From an uncultured Verrucomicrobiae bacterium (GTDB lineage Bacteria > Verrucomicrobiota > Verrucomicrobiia > Palsa-1439): a stretch of 64,000 bases of DNA. The stretch lies in the NCBI GenBank assembly GCA_963842185.1, contig CAWJFL010000016.1:449127-513126 (forward strand), in the 5' to 3' direction. This document shows, piece by piece, positions 47,724 through 56,467 of this stretch. The position numbers were made by a program, and so were the translations under genes. Every line of letters starts with the position of its first letter. The first letter of the stretch is position 1. The notes under the pieces were generated by a model that was given only the letters and a program-made list of their open reading frames with translations, was not told the DNA's origin and searched no databases.

Positions 47724-48585
47724 TTACGGTTTCCCCAGCGGCAGCAGGACGTAGGCGGTCATGCCCACGGCCAGGCTGCGGTCGGCGTTGTCGCAGCGGA
47801 GACGAATTTCAAACGTCTTGATGTCGCGCTTGGTGCGGCTCACGTCCCGCTGCGTCGCGTAATCGGCGTCCACGCTGCGGTAAAACACCGTCCCTTGCGC
47901 GCGTCGCGCCGGAGGGCAATCGCACCGTCATTTTGTCATCGAGACGAATTCGGTCGATGTACGTCTCCTCCACGTCGGCGCGCACCCAGAGGTTGTCGGG
48001 ATTGATCAGCGTGACGATGCCCTGGCCGGGATTGACGACTTCGCCCTGCAACGCCGCGCGCGTGTCCACGATGCCGCTGATCGGCGCGTGGATTTCGGTG
48101 TAGCCCAATTGCACCCCGGCTTTATCCTGCTGGGCGCGGGCCGCCTGGATTTGCCGGTCGAGCGCGTCCACGCGCGCCCTGGCGGCGTCGTAGGCCGTCC
48201 GCGCCGCGTCATACTCCTGCGCGGAGTCGGCTCCCGTCGCGTACAATTTCTGTTCGCGTTCGTAATTGAGCTGGGCGTTTTCCAAATCGGCCCTGGCCTG
48301 GGCCAGCAGCGCGACGGCCTGCTTTTCACTGCTCGCGTAAAACGCCACATCGGCCTGCCGTTCCTGGGGCTGGATCACCGCCAGCAATTCGCCATTGGTG
48401 ACCGAGTCGCCCTCCTGAACGAACAGATGCTGCAATCGCCCCTGGATTTCGGAGCTGACGATCACCTCATCCGTCGTCACGATGCCGGTCAGAACGATGT
48501 CGCGAGGATGGTGAGCCGTGGTGTAGTAGAGGCCGGCGCCAATGGCGGCCAGAATCAGAATGAGGATGGGAATTTTGCGTTTCAT
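47724..48585 (-). pseudogene. HlyD-family membrane fusion protein with one extra base near 47897-47903
   Basis: N-terminal TM, lipoyl-like and coiled-coil regions (..YTEIHAPISGIVD..). After MTVRLPSGATR the frame changes to QGTVFYRSVDADYATQRDVSRTKRDIKTFEIRLRCDN..LPLGKP*. Total 862 nt = 3n+1. Confidence 0.8.
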
Positions 48586-48586
48586 A

Positions 48587-49234
48587 TCAGTGATTGGGAT
48601 GGGTGAACAGGCCGTAGCGGATGAAATCGAGCACTTCCTGTTTGCGCCGTTTCAAACTGGCATCGCTGTAGGCGTCGGCATGGCCGAGCAGTTGCAGGAC
48701 CTGCGCCGCGGAGAAATAGAAGACGATGAGGGCCGCGATGGAAACGGACGTGTGGAAGGGATCGACCCGGCGGAAATCGCCCTCGCGCATTCCGCGGATG
48801 AGCAACCGGTGCAATGCCCGGGTCCGGGGCGGAAAGTACTTGCGCACCAGTCGCTGCATGGGTTGGCCGCCGGTGGTCATTAGTTGATGGAACAGCCGGG
48901 CCTGGCGATAGCGCGCGCTGACGAAGTCGAAATGCAGGTTCACGTAGTGCAACAGGATGGCGCGCGGCGAGCCCGGGGCCGTGAGCACGTCCAACACGGC
49001 GCGATTGAATTCCTGGAGGTGATTTTCCACGACGGCTGCGTACAGCCGCTCTTTGCTTTGAAAGTAATAATAGAGCAGGGCCTTGTTGACGCCGGCGGCG
49101 GCGGCGATGGCGTCCGTGCGCGCCCCGGCCAGGCCGGCTTCCGCAAAACCACGTTCGGCAGCCGCCAGGATCGCCGCCCGCGTTTTATCGCTGCGCGCCT
49201 GCGGATGTCTTGGTGAATGAGCGCGGATCTTCAT
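48587..49234 (-). CDS. TetR-family transcriptional regulator
   Basis: The N-terminal HTH (TRAAILAAAERGFAEAGLAGARTDAIAAAAGVNKALLYYYFQSKERLY) is intact at 215 aa. It is the first gene of the efflux operon. Confidence 0.9.
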   Translation of the reverse strand: MKIRAHSPRHPQARSDKTRAAILAAAERGFAEAGLAGARTDAIAAAAGVNKALLYYYFQSKERLYAAVVENHLQEFNRAVLDVLTAPGSPRAILLHYVNLHFDFVSARYRQARLFHQLMTTGGQPMQRLVRKYFPPRTRALHRLLIRGMREGDFRRVDPFHTSVSIAALIVFYFSAAQVLQLLGHADAYSDASLKRRKQEVLDFIRYGLFTHPNH

Positions 49235-49235
49235 G

Positions 49236-49257
49236 ATTAACTAACTGGATAGTTAAT
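49236..49257. promoter_or_regulatory. Candidate TetR operator
   Basis: Perfect 8-bp inverted repeat ATTAACTA (49236-49243), 6-nt spacer, TAGTTAAT (49250-49257). It lies immediately upstream of the tetR start in the 64-bp divergent spacer. Confidence 0.5.
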
Positions 49258-49298
49258 TATAGCCGCAACGTCCGGCGGGGTCAATCTCGACCTGCGGG

Positions 49299-49637
49299 AT
49301 GGAACCCCCGCATTTCTTTTCTCGCCACGGGAACCTGAATCTGGTACTGTCTGAACAGGTTCAGGCTGATGTCAGAGGTTGTACCGGAGGGCGATCGATC
49401 GACATCTACTTCTTCTGCGGATCGTGCGGACAGCACTTGGTGGTCGATGAAGCCGGTGCTGGGCTGGTCATTCCGTGTCCGAACTGTGCCAAGGACGTGA
49501 CGGTTCCCGGTCAACCCGAGCCGAAGCCGGCGGCTCCTCCACCACCCGCCACGCGGCCTCATACGGAGAAGGAGCACACGGTTGTTCTCAAGTGGGCCCC
49601 CCCTGCTCCCGGTCCGAACAAAGAGGGGAAGAGCTGA
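49299..49637 (+). CDS. Zinc-ribbon protein with Pro-rich tail
   Basis: The FFCGSCGQHLVVDEAGAGLVIPCPNCAKDVTVP module shares 17 of 33 residues with the N-terminus of the 31630 ORF. A PEPKPAAPPPPA tail follows. Confidence 0.5.
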   Translation: MEPPHFFSRHGNLNLVLSEQVQADVRGCTGGRSIDIYFFCGSCGQHLVVDEAGAGLVIPCPNCAKDVTVPGQPEPKPAAPPPPATRPHTEKEHTVVLKWAPPAPGPNKEGKS

Positions 49638-49709
49638 CCTTGCCGCGCCTTGCGGCTTTGGAAGGAAATTCGGGGCTATGCGCTCGAAGCCACAGAAACG
49701 GAAGCAGCG

Positions 49710-50867
49710 TTAATAGTCGGTTTCCTTGTAGGCAATCGCGCAAATGTCTGGCGCGTAATACGCCCTTCCGGTCACTCCCTCAAGGGGGGCCAATATGCCA
49801 GCAGCAACCAGTCCTCGCACATCCGCCAATGCTGTCGGATATGTAACGCCCAAGTCCTTACTCAAATTTGCCACGCGCACAATTGGAAGGCTGAATAGCC
49901 CGTCCACAATTCTTTCTGAACGCTTGCTGCAATTGCGTCGAACATCCTTGATCATTTTCTTTTGAAGCTCACGGAGTGCCTCGCATCGTCTGACTGCATC
50001 GTTGGCTTGGGCAATCGTGCCGGTAAGACAAAAATCAATCCACGGTGTCCAAGCTCCTTTCGCGCTGACCTCAAACATTTTCTTCACATATTCATCCCTA
50101 AAGCGTTCAAAAAAACTACTCATGTAAAGCCACGGCAAAGACATTTTGCGCCAGTTGCTAATCATGAGAGAAAGAAGCACGCGTCCGATACGTCCATTTC
50201 CATCCGCGAACGGGTGAATCGCCTCCAATTGGTAGTGGACGATGTATGCGCGGACTAATGGGTCATATTGCCGGTGATCCTCGTTGATGTACTTCTCAAG
50301 CAAGCTCAGGCAGTGTTCTACCTCTGACGGCGGCGGCGGCACGTACCGACGGTCGGAACCAATTGCGACTTGGTGTTGTCTCCACTCTCCAGCCGTAGCG
50401 TGAGCACCCCGGACATCACGCATGAGGCTTCTGTGCAAAATCTTGAAAAGCCGTAAGCAAAAAGGCATTTCCTCCAATAGCGTCATACCTTCAGCCAGGG
50501 CATTGACGTAATTGTGAACCTCTTGCCATGCGTGTACCTGATCGTTCTTTGACTTTGGTTCACGAGGACTGATTTCAAATAGCATGAGTTCTTGAGCCGT
50601 CGCGTATGTTCCCTCCAGTCGAGAAGATGTAATGGCCTCCTGTCGTTTCAGTGGGCTTAACAGTAAATTTGGGTCCGGCAGCGTTCTCCCAATACCATCC
50701 AGTTTCGCTAGCGCCTCTTTTGCTTCAGCCAGTTTCGGCCACAACTCATTTGGAAAATCCCACTGTGGCGGAAGAGGGTTGGGAATAAAGGCATAATCAC
50801 TGCCCGTCGGGATAGTGATCGGCACCAGCTTTCCCACGCTCCGTTCTGAAAACCGCTCTTTCTTCAT
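49710..50867 (-). CDS. Fic-family protein (AMPylase-type) with an N-terminal inhibitory-helix motif
   Basis: Fic motif HPFADGNGRIGRVL. An N-terminal Fic/DOC N-domain pattern (AFIPNPLPP) and an S-x-x-x-E-G match (SSRLEG). The C-terminus is wHTH-like. Confidence 0.9.
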   Translation of the reverse strand: MKKERFSERSVGKLVPITIPTGSDYAFIPNPLPPQWDFPNELWPKLAEAKEALAKLDGIGRTLPDPNLLLSPLKRQEAITSSRLEGTYATAQELMLFEISPREPKSKNDQVHAWQEVHNYVNALAEGMTLLEEMPFCLRLFKILHRSLMRDVRGAHATAGEWRQHQVAIGSDRRYVPPPPSEVEHCLSLLEKYINEDHRQYDPLVRAYIVHYQLEAIHPFADGNGRIGRVLLSLMISNWRKMSLPWLYMSSFFERFRDEYVKKMFEVSAKGAWTPWIDFCLTGTIAQANDAVRRCEALRELQKKMIKDVRRNCSKRSERIVDGLFSLPIVRVANLSKDLGVTYPTALADVRGLVAAGILAPLEGVTGRAYYAPDICAIAYKETDY

Positions 50868-50944
50868 AAAATCCTATCGCTCAGGCTTTAAACGGGGTTG
50901 TGCGCTTAAAATAACCCACCCACTTTTATAGTCAATAGCAATAT

Positions 50945-50972
50945 CTTAAAATTTATGGCCTTAAATTTTAAG
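50945..50972. promoter_or_regulatory. AT-rich palindrome upstream of fic
   Basis: Perfect 10-bp arms CTTAAAATTT (50945-50954) and AAATTTTAAG (50963-50972), separated by 8 nt. It lies about 80-105 nt upstream of the Fic start. Confidence 0.35.
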
Positions 50973-51150
50973 TTTTGTCTTGCGCTTATAGTGCGCTGCC
51001 TTTACATTCGGGGGTGTGAACAAGCTGGATAGTCAGAAGCGCGCACAGGTGATTGCCGATCGCGTTTGGAGCCTGGATGAAGTGGTGGCCCTGATCGAAC
51101 TAAAAACAGCAGCCGTCTAATGCGGCTTACAAAAAGAAAGGAGGCCAATA

Positions 51151-51321
51151 ATGAGTGGAAGAACCGGCGAAGTATGTACAGTCTCTGGAATCTACAGTTC
51201 GTCTGGAACCTGCGGTCATTCCGTGGAACGTTCAATCCCGGAAGGCCATGTGTTTCCACCATGTGCCCATTGTCATAGAGCGGTCACATGGACACTAGTA
51301 AGAGCGGCTCATACCAGATAG
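51151..51321 (+). CDS. Small Cys/His-rich protein (56 aa), unannotated in the ORF track
   Basis: Strong RBS AAGGAGG (51138-51144) 6 nt before the ATG. Sequence MSGRTGEVCTVSGIYSSSGTCGHSVERSIPEGHVFPPCAHCHRAVTWTLVRAAHTR*. It resembles small GxYxC..FPPC..C..W.LV proteins I recall from other bacteria. Confidence 0.5.
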   Translation: MSGRTGEVCTVSGIYSSSGTCGHSVERSIPEGHVFPPCAHCHRAVTWTLVRAAHTR

Positions 51322-51590
51322 TCGCCAACATAGATTTCGGCCCATCCTTGATGCGCGGTGGGCCGATCTTCTACAAAGTGTTTATGGCGCTCTGCCATCC
51401 GGCTGAGCCGGGAGGCATTCTCTGGTAGGCAGAGCGTCGTAAACGGCTTCCCCGTCTTTAGCTGCTGACGAAACTGTTCCCACTCGACGCCAAGGGCAAA
51501 CGCATATTCTGGCGTAAGACCCTTGAGCGACCCGTCATCGATCTCGAACGGTTCAACTAGATTGTGTTCAATTTCGTTCGTTTCAGCCAT
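51309..51590 (-). CDS. Hypothetical protein
   Basis: 93-aa ORF with an ATG start, convergent with the small CDS (13-nt overlap). No family recognised. Confidence 0.4.
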   Translation of the reverse strand: MAETNEIEHNLVEPFEIDDGSLKGLTPEYAFALGVEWEQFRQQLKTGKPFTTLCLPENASRLSRMAERHKHFVEDRPTAHQGWAEIYVGDYLV

Positions 51591-51687
51591 ATGTCCTCAT
51601 TTAAGCACCGCGCAGGCCAATTGGTTTCAAGCTGACCCACCACCCGATCCAAAGGCTGGCTTGACGTTTGGCGGAACCGGGAAGAAA

Positions 51688-53169
51688 ATGACAGAGGGCA
51701 AGCCAAGGCAGAACGTGCCTGCGAAGGAATCGGGGATGGCGTCGAAGTACAACGTCAAAGTCCAATATGCCGCCTGGATGGCCGCGATGACGCTGGCGAC
51801 GGTCGTGGTGATGACGGCCGTACATTTATGGCGGGAAGCGGACGCGCAGGACAAGGTGGCGCGGCGGCGCGCGGAGATTGCCGCGCAGACACTGGCCAGG
51901 GCCATTGCCCCCGCGGTGGTAAGCAGCAACATCCCCGGCATGGCGCAGGCCGTGGAACTGATCAATCCCGACAAGGAGATTCTTTTCTGCCGCATCCTGG
52001 ACGATAGCGATCGCGAAATCTTCCCCAAGTTTCGCCAGGCAAAGCCGGAGTCATTGATCACCGTGCGCGCGCCCATCCGGGACGGGTCGAACGCCGTGGG
52101 CGTGGTGGAACTGGGCATGGGAGAGGCGTCGGTGAGCGAGGCGGTGATGCACGCGGTTTTCCTGGATCTGGCGGTGGGGGCGTTGGTGGTGTTGGCGGCG
52201 ATCGCGGCATCGTTGGTGGCCTCGGGGCCGGTGCGGGGCTCCTTGAAGGATTTGCTGGCGTTTGTGAAACGCGTGGACGCGGGTGAGTCCCGCGGCGAGC
52301 GGCTCGAAAGCGACGTGGCCGAGGTGGACGACGTGGGCAAGTTGCTGAACGATCTCGTGCGCCGCGTGGAAGAGGCGCAGAGCACGCTGGCGCGATCCCA
52401 GAAACAACTCAAGGCGACGCAAAAGGAGATGGACGAGTATACCTATGTGATCAGCCACGATCTGAAGGAGCCGTTGCGGGGGATTGAGGCATTCAGCAAG
52501 TTCCTGGTGGACGACTATCGCGACAAGCTCGATGAGGAAGGCCGTCACCGCGTGGATGTGATTCGGAACTCGGCGTTGCGGATGCAACGGTTGATCAACG
52601 ACCTCCTGAAATTCTCGCGGTTGGGCCAGCCGAGGAGCCCGTTCGCGCCCGTCGGTCTCAACACGATGCTGATGCATGTGCGCGTGAACCTGCAATACGC
52701 GTTGGACGCGAAGAAGGCGGATCTGCGCGTGGACAAATTGCCGACGGTGATGTGCGACGCGACGGCCATGACCGAAGTGTTTCACAACCTGATTTCCAAC
52801 GCGATCAAGTACAACGACAAACCCCACCCGGTGGTCGAGGTTGGCGGCACGGAAAAGACGAACCCCCAGACGGGACAGCCCGAGCATGTCATTCACGTGC
52901 GCGACGACGGCATGGGGATCAAGGCGGAGTATTTCGAGAAGATCTTCCAGATTTTTCAACGGTTGCAGCGCGACGACGAGGGGACGGGGATTGGATTGAC
53001 CATCGTCAAGCGCGTGGTAGAGTGGCACGGAGGACGCATTTGGGTCGAGAGTGAGTTTGGCAGCGGGACGACATTTTACTTCACGCTGCCGAAGCGCGAG
53101 TTGAAAGAAACGGCGGACACGGCCAGGACGACAGCCAAAGGGCAAACAGAACTTGCATCAACCGTTTGA
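51688..53169 (+). CDS. Sensor histidine kinase (TM and HAMP-like region, HisKA, HATPase_c)
   Basis: ATG at 51688 within ORF 51523..53169. H-box YVISHDLKEPLRGI, N-box NLISNAIKYN, G-boxes DDGMGI and GTGIGLTIVKRVVEWHGGRIWVES. Confidence 0.88.
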   Translation: MTEGKPRQNVPAKESGMASKYNVKVQYAAWMAAMTLATVVVMTAVHLWREADAQDKVARRRAEIAAQTLARAIAPAVVSSNIPGMAQAVELINPDKEILFCRILDDSDREIFPKFRQAKPESLITVRAPIRDGSNAVGVVELGMGEASVSEAVMHAVFLDLAVGALVVLAAIAASLVASGPVRGSLKDLLAFVKRVDAGESRGERLESDVAEVDDVGKLLNDLVRRVEEAQSTLARSQKQLKATQKEMDEYTYVISHDLKEPLRGIEAFSKFLVDDYRDKLDEEGRHRVDVIRNSALRMQRLINDLLKFSRLGQPRSPFAPVGLNTMLMHVRVNLQYALDAKKADLRVDKLPTVMCDATAMTEVFHNLISNAIKYNDKPHPVVEVGGTEKTNPQTGQPEHVIHVRDDGMGIKAEYFEKIFQIFQRLQRDDEGTGIGLTIVKRVVEWHGGRIWVESEFGSGTTFYFTLPKRELKETADTARTTAKGQTELASTV

Positions 53170-53614
53170 CATTCTGCTGGTTGAGGACAATCCCGCCGAC
53201 GTCGAGATCACCATCGAAGCGTTCCGTCGCAGCCACAAGGGCAACCGCGTCTTTGTCTGTCGCGACGGCGAGGAGGCGCTGGATTTTCTGTTTCACCGCG
53301 GCAAATTTGCCAGGGCCGGGTCGGCGCCACGCCCCGATTTGATCCTGCTCGACTTGAACCTGCCGAAGAAGAACGGCACCGAGGTGCTTGAGCAGGTCAA
53401 GACGAACCTGGGGATGAAGGACATCCCGGTCGTGGTTCTCACGACGTCCGACCGCGACGAGGATGTCTCCCGGTGCTACAAGGTCGGCGCGAACAGTTAT
53501 CTCACCAAGCCCGTGCAATTCGACGATTGTTTGAAACTGGTCGAGGACATTCAGCAATACTGGCTGCACCTCTCGAAGCTTCCCCCCAAGGGCACATCGC
53601 CCCCGCCGCCATGA
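53153..53614 (+). CDS. Single-domain response regulator (REC)
   Basis: Contains ILLVEDNPADVEI, PDLILLDLNLPKKNG, VVVLTTS and SYLTKP. The TTG start overlaps the kinase stop. Confidence 0.85.
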   Translation: MHQPFDILLVEDNPADVEITIEAFRRSHKGNRVFVCRDGEEALDFLFHRGKFARAGSAPRPDLILLDLNLPKKNGTEVLEQVKTNLGMKDIPVVVLTTSDRDEDVSRCYKVGANSYLTKPVQFDDCLKLVEDIQQYWLHLSKLPPKGTSPPPP

Positions 53615-54866
53615 GCGCTGAACCCGCCCCGTTGCTCGTGGTCGAAGACAATCCGGTCTACGCGGAGATTCTGCAACGGTTGCTGCCCGCGCTGGGCGCG
53701 GAGATGCGGTTTGTCCCGAAATGTGTCGACACGGCGGAAAAGGCGATCGAGGAGATTGCGCATACCAACTACGCGTTGGTGATCCTCGATTACAAACTGC
53801 CCGGCGCCGATGGGATGAGCGTACTGGCGCACATTCGCAGCCTGCCGATATTGCGGCAGCCGGCGGTCATCATGCTGACGGGCATGGGGAACGAGTCCGT
53901 GGCCGTCGAAGCCATGAAAGGCGGAGCCAAGGATTACCTGCCGAAGGACAGTTTGGATGTCCCGTCGCTCCTGCGGGCGATCAGCAGCGCGCTGGAACGA
54001 AAGCAACTGGAGCTGCAAGTCGCCCGGTTCACGGAAGAATTGCGCGAAAAGAACGCCCAGGTGGAAGCCGACCTGAACATGGCGCGCGAAATTCAGGAGG
54101 CATTTTTGCCGGAACGGTATCCGACCTTTCCGAAAAACGCCCTGGCGAAAGAAAGCGCGCTGCATTTTTATCATCGGTACCTTCCCACCGGGGCGGTGGG
54201 GGGCGATTTTTTTGATGTGTTGCGGATTTCCGACACGCAGGCCGGCGTGTTCATCTGCGACGTGATGGGGCATGGCGTGCGGGCCGCGCTGGTGACCGCG
54301 ATGGTGCGCGGGTTGGCCGAGGAGCTGGTTTCGGCGGCGGCGGAACCGGACAAATTCCTGATGGAGATCAACCGCCGGCTGCTGGGGATTTTGACGCAGA
54401 CGCGGATGCCGATGTTTGCGTCGGCATTTTACGTGGTGGTGGATCTGGCGCGCGGAGAATTGCGGTACTCGAGCGCGGGTCATCCGAGCCCGTTGCTGGT
54501 GCGGCGAAATATGGGGACGGTCGAGGCGCTGCGATTTGCCGGGAGCGGCCCGGCCCGGCGCTGGGCGTGTTCGAAGAGTCCGTGTACCCGATTGGCCGGT
54601 GTCCGGTGGCGGCGCAGGATCTGGCCGTGCTGTTTACGGACGGCTTGTACGAGGTGGAGGGCGCGGAAGGCGACGAATACGGTCAGGAACGGTTACTGGC
54701 CGCGGTGAGCCAGCGGAGCCAGTTGCCGGCGGGGCCGTTGTTCGATGAATTGCTGGCGGACGTTCAGAAGCACGCCGGCAACCGCGGGTTCGTGGACGAC
54801 GTCTGCCTCGTGGGCGTGGAAGTGGCCCGGGTGGGGTTGATCGGGGGGGATCGCGCCGGGGCGTGA
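53611..54866 (+). pseudogene. Response regulator fused to a PP2C/SpoIIE phosphatase, with one missing base near 54552
   Basis: REC domain (LLVVEDNPVYAEIL..LVILDYKLPGADG..YLPKD), then a coiled coil, then PP2C (GGDFFDV..VFICDVMGHGVRAAL..AGHPSPLL). After RFAGSG the frame shifts to GPALGVFEESVYPIG..LFTDGLYEV (ORF 54567..54866). Total 1256 nt = 3n+2. The start overlaps the REC gene stop as ATGA. Confidence 0.85.
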
Positions 54867-54885
54867 CGCGCTTTCTCATGAGCCG

Positions 54886-55371
54886 GTGACCAATCCCTGG
54901 ATACTCGTTGACGGGTACAGCGTGTTGCACGCGTGGCCGCGGTTTACGACGCGCAAGTCGCGGCAGTTATCGCTGCAGCAGCAGCGCGAGGCGTTGGTGG
55001 TGTTGGTGCGGCAGTACGCGGACCACAGCCGCCGCCGGGTGACGGTGGTGTTCGATGGGTACGCGGCGAAACACAAGCCGGAGGTGGCGGAGCCGACGCA
55101 CGGGGTCGAGGTGCTGTTTTCGGACAAGGGCAGGACGGCGGATGATTTGATCGAGAGACTGGTTGGGCAGTCGGAGAGTCGGGCTGCCATCCTCGTGGTG
55201 ACGTCGGATAATATGGAGCGGCGGACGGTGGAGTCGTTGGGGGCGCAGAGCATGTCGGCGGAGGTTTTTGAGGGGGAAGTGGACGCGGCGTTGCGGGAAT
55301 TGGCGAGGGAGGTGCGCTCGCACAGTCGGCGTCGGAATATCGGGCATCGGCGGGACGATTGGGGGGCGTAA
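54886..55371 (+). CDS. NYN-domain (YacP/Rae1-like) predicted ribonuclease
   Basis: Contains ILVDGYSVLHAWP, VTVVFDG, VLFSDKGRTADDLIERL and VVTSDNMERRTVESLGA. GTG start. Confidence 0.72.
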   Translation: MTNPWILVDGYSVLHAWPRFTTRKSRQLSLQQQREALVVLVRQYADHSRRRVTVVFDGYAAKHKPEVAEPTHGVEVLFSDKGRTADDLIERLVGQSESRAAILVVTSDNMERRTVESLGAQSMSAEVFEGEVDAALRELAREVRSHSRRRNIGHRRDDWGA

Positions 55372-55392
55372 CCGGGGTGGCTGAAGGCAGGG

Positions 55393-55422
55393 TTGACACG
55401 GGTGCGGATATTTGGCTAGGAT
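55393..55422 (+). promoter_or_regulatory. Sigma-70-type promoter candidate
   Basis: TTGACA (55393-55398), an 18-nt spacer, TAGGAT (55417-55422). It lies 45 nt upstream of the ATG at 55468. Confidence 0.35.
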
Positions 55423-55467
55423 GCGGGCAGACTTTCCGGAGAATCTCTGGACAGAGGAAGCCACGCT

Positions 55468-56241
55468 ATGAATAAACTTGGTAAAATTGCCCCAATCGTC
55501 GTCGTCCTGGCCTGCCTTGGATCATTATTTCTCGCCTTCGTGGTGGCCAAGAAGAAGGCGCAGCACATCGCCCAGATCGCATCTCTTAATAGCACGCTGA
55601 ACACGACCAAGGCCGAACTCACCAAGACCAAGGGGACATTGAAGCAGGCCCAGACGGACTTGACGAAAACCAAGGGGGATTTGGACCAGGCGAATGCGAC
55701 CCTCGTGACGACCAAGGCGGCGCTCGACCAGAAGACGCAGGAGGCCAGTTCACTGCAGACGCAATTGACGGATGCGACTAATCAGTTGGCGCAGACCAAG
55801 GGGGAATTGGCGAAAGTGCAGGCGACGATCAAGAACATCGAGGACGGGTTGGCTCCGTTGGGAATTACGGACATCAGCAGCATCGACAAGCTCAAAGACA
55901 AGATCCTGTCGATGGGAGAGGAGAACGGGGTACTCGGCAAGCAGCTCACGGTGTTGCATACGGAGAACGAGCAACTGAAGGCGAGGGTCGAGGAATTGAG
56001 CACCACACCCGTCGGATTACGCGGCCATGTTTCCATCGTACAGGGCAAATGGGGTTTTATTGTGATGGATCTTGGCCATTCGCAGCGCGTCCAGCCCAAC
56101 ACGGAATTTCTGGTGTACCGTGACTCCAAATTCGTCGGTAAAGTGCAGGTTGTCTCCGTCGCCGTGAACAACTGTATCGCCCAGATTCTGCCGGAGTATT
56201 TGAAGCACCCCCCCCAGCCGGGTGACCTTGTGGTACATTAG
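55468..56241 (+). CDS. Membrane-anchored coiled-coil protein
   Basis: N-terminal TM (IAPIVVVLACLGSLFLAFVV), then about 150 aa of repetitive T/K/Q-rich coiled coil (TKAELTKTKGTLKQAQTDLTKTKGDLDQA...), then a beta-rich C-terminal domain. Confidence 0.6.
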   Translation: MNKLGKIAPIVVVLACLGSLFLAFVVAKKKAQHIAQIASLNSTLNTTKAELTKTKGTLKQAQTDLTKTKGDLDQANATLVTTKAALDQKTQEASSLQTQLTDATNQLAQTKGELAKVQATIKNIEDGLAPLGITDISSIDKLKDKILSMGEENGVLGKQLTVLHTENEQLKARVEELSTTPVGLRGHVSIVQGKWGFIVMDLGHSQRVQPNTEFLVYRDSKFVGKVQVVSVAVNNCIAQILPEYLKHPPQPGDLVVH

Positions 56242-56262
56242 CCCCGGCAGGTAGTCAAATTG

Positions 56263-56442
56263 ATGAAGGCGTTTCGTACCATTCTGCTTCTTGCCGCAAT
56301 GGCGACAGGCCTAGTGCTGGTCAGTGGATGCGCCACGACCAACGACGACAATGTTAGCTCGATCCCGTGGGATCGGCCCCAGCAATGGGAAGGCAGCGGT
56401 GCGTTGGGCGGGTTCCAAGGCCCCGGCGGCCTGGGCCATTGA
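56263..56442 (+). CDS. Small lipoprotein
   Basis: Signal peptide with lipobox LVSGC. 59 aa, immediately downstream of the coiled-coil gene. Confidence 0.45.
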   Translation: MKAFRTILLLAAMATGLVLVSGCATTNDDNVSSIPWDRPQQWEGSGALGGFQGPGGLGH

Positions 56443-56467
56443 AGCACGGAGTCGCGATCCGTCGCGG

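Noticed and set aside
49640-51600. An intact prophage, IS element or integrative element anywhere in the window.
   Set aside because: No integrase, transposase, capsid, terminase or conjugation gene could be translated in any frame. Only a 34-codon transposase-tail-like remnant and duplicated gene ends hint at past mobility.
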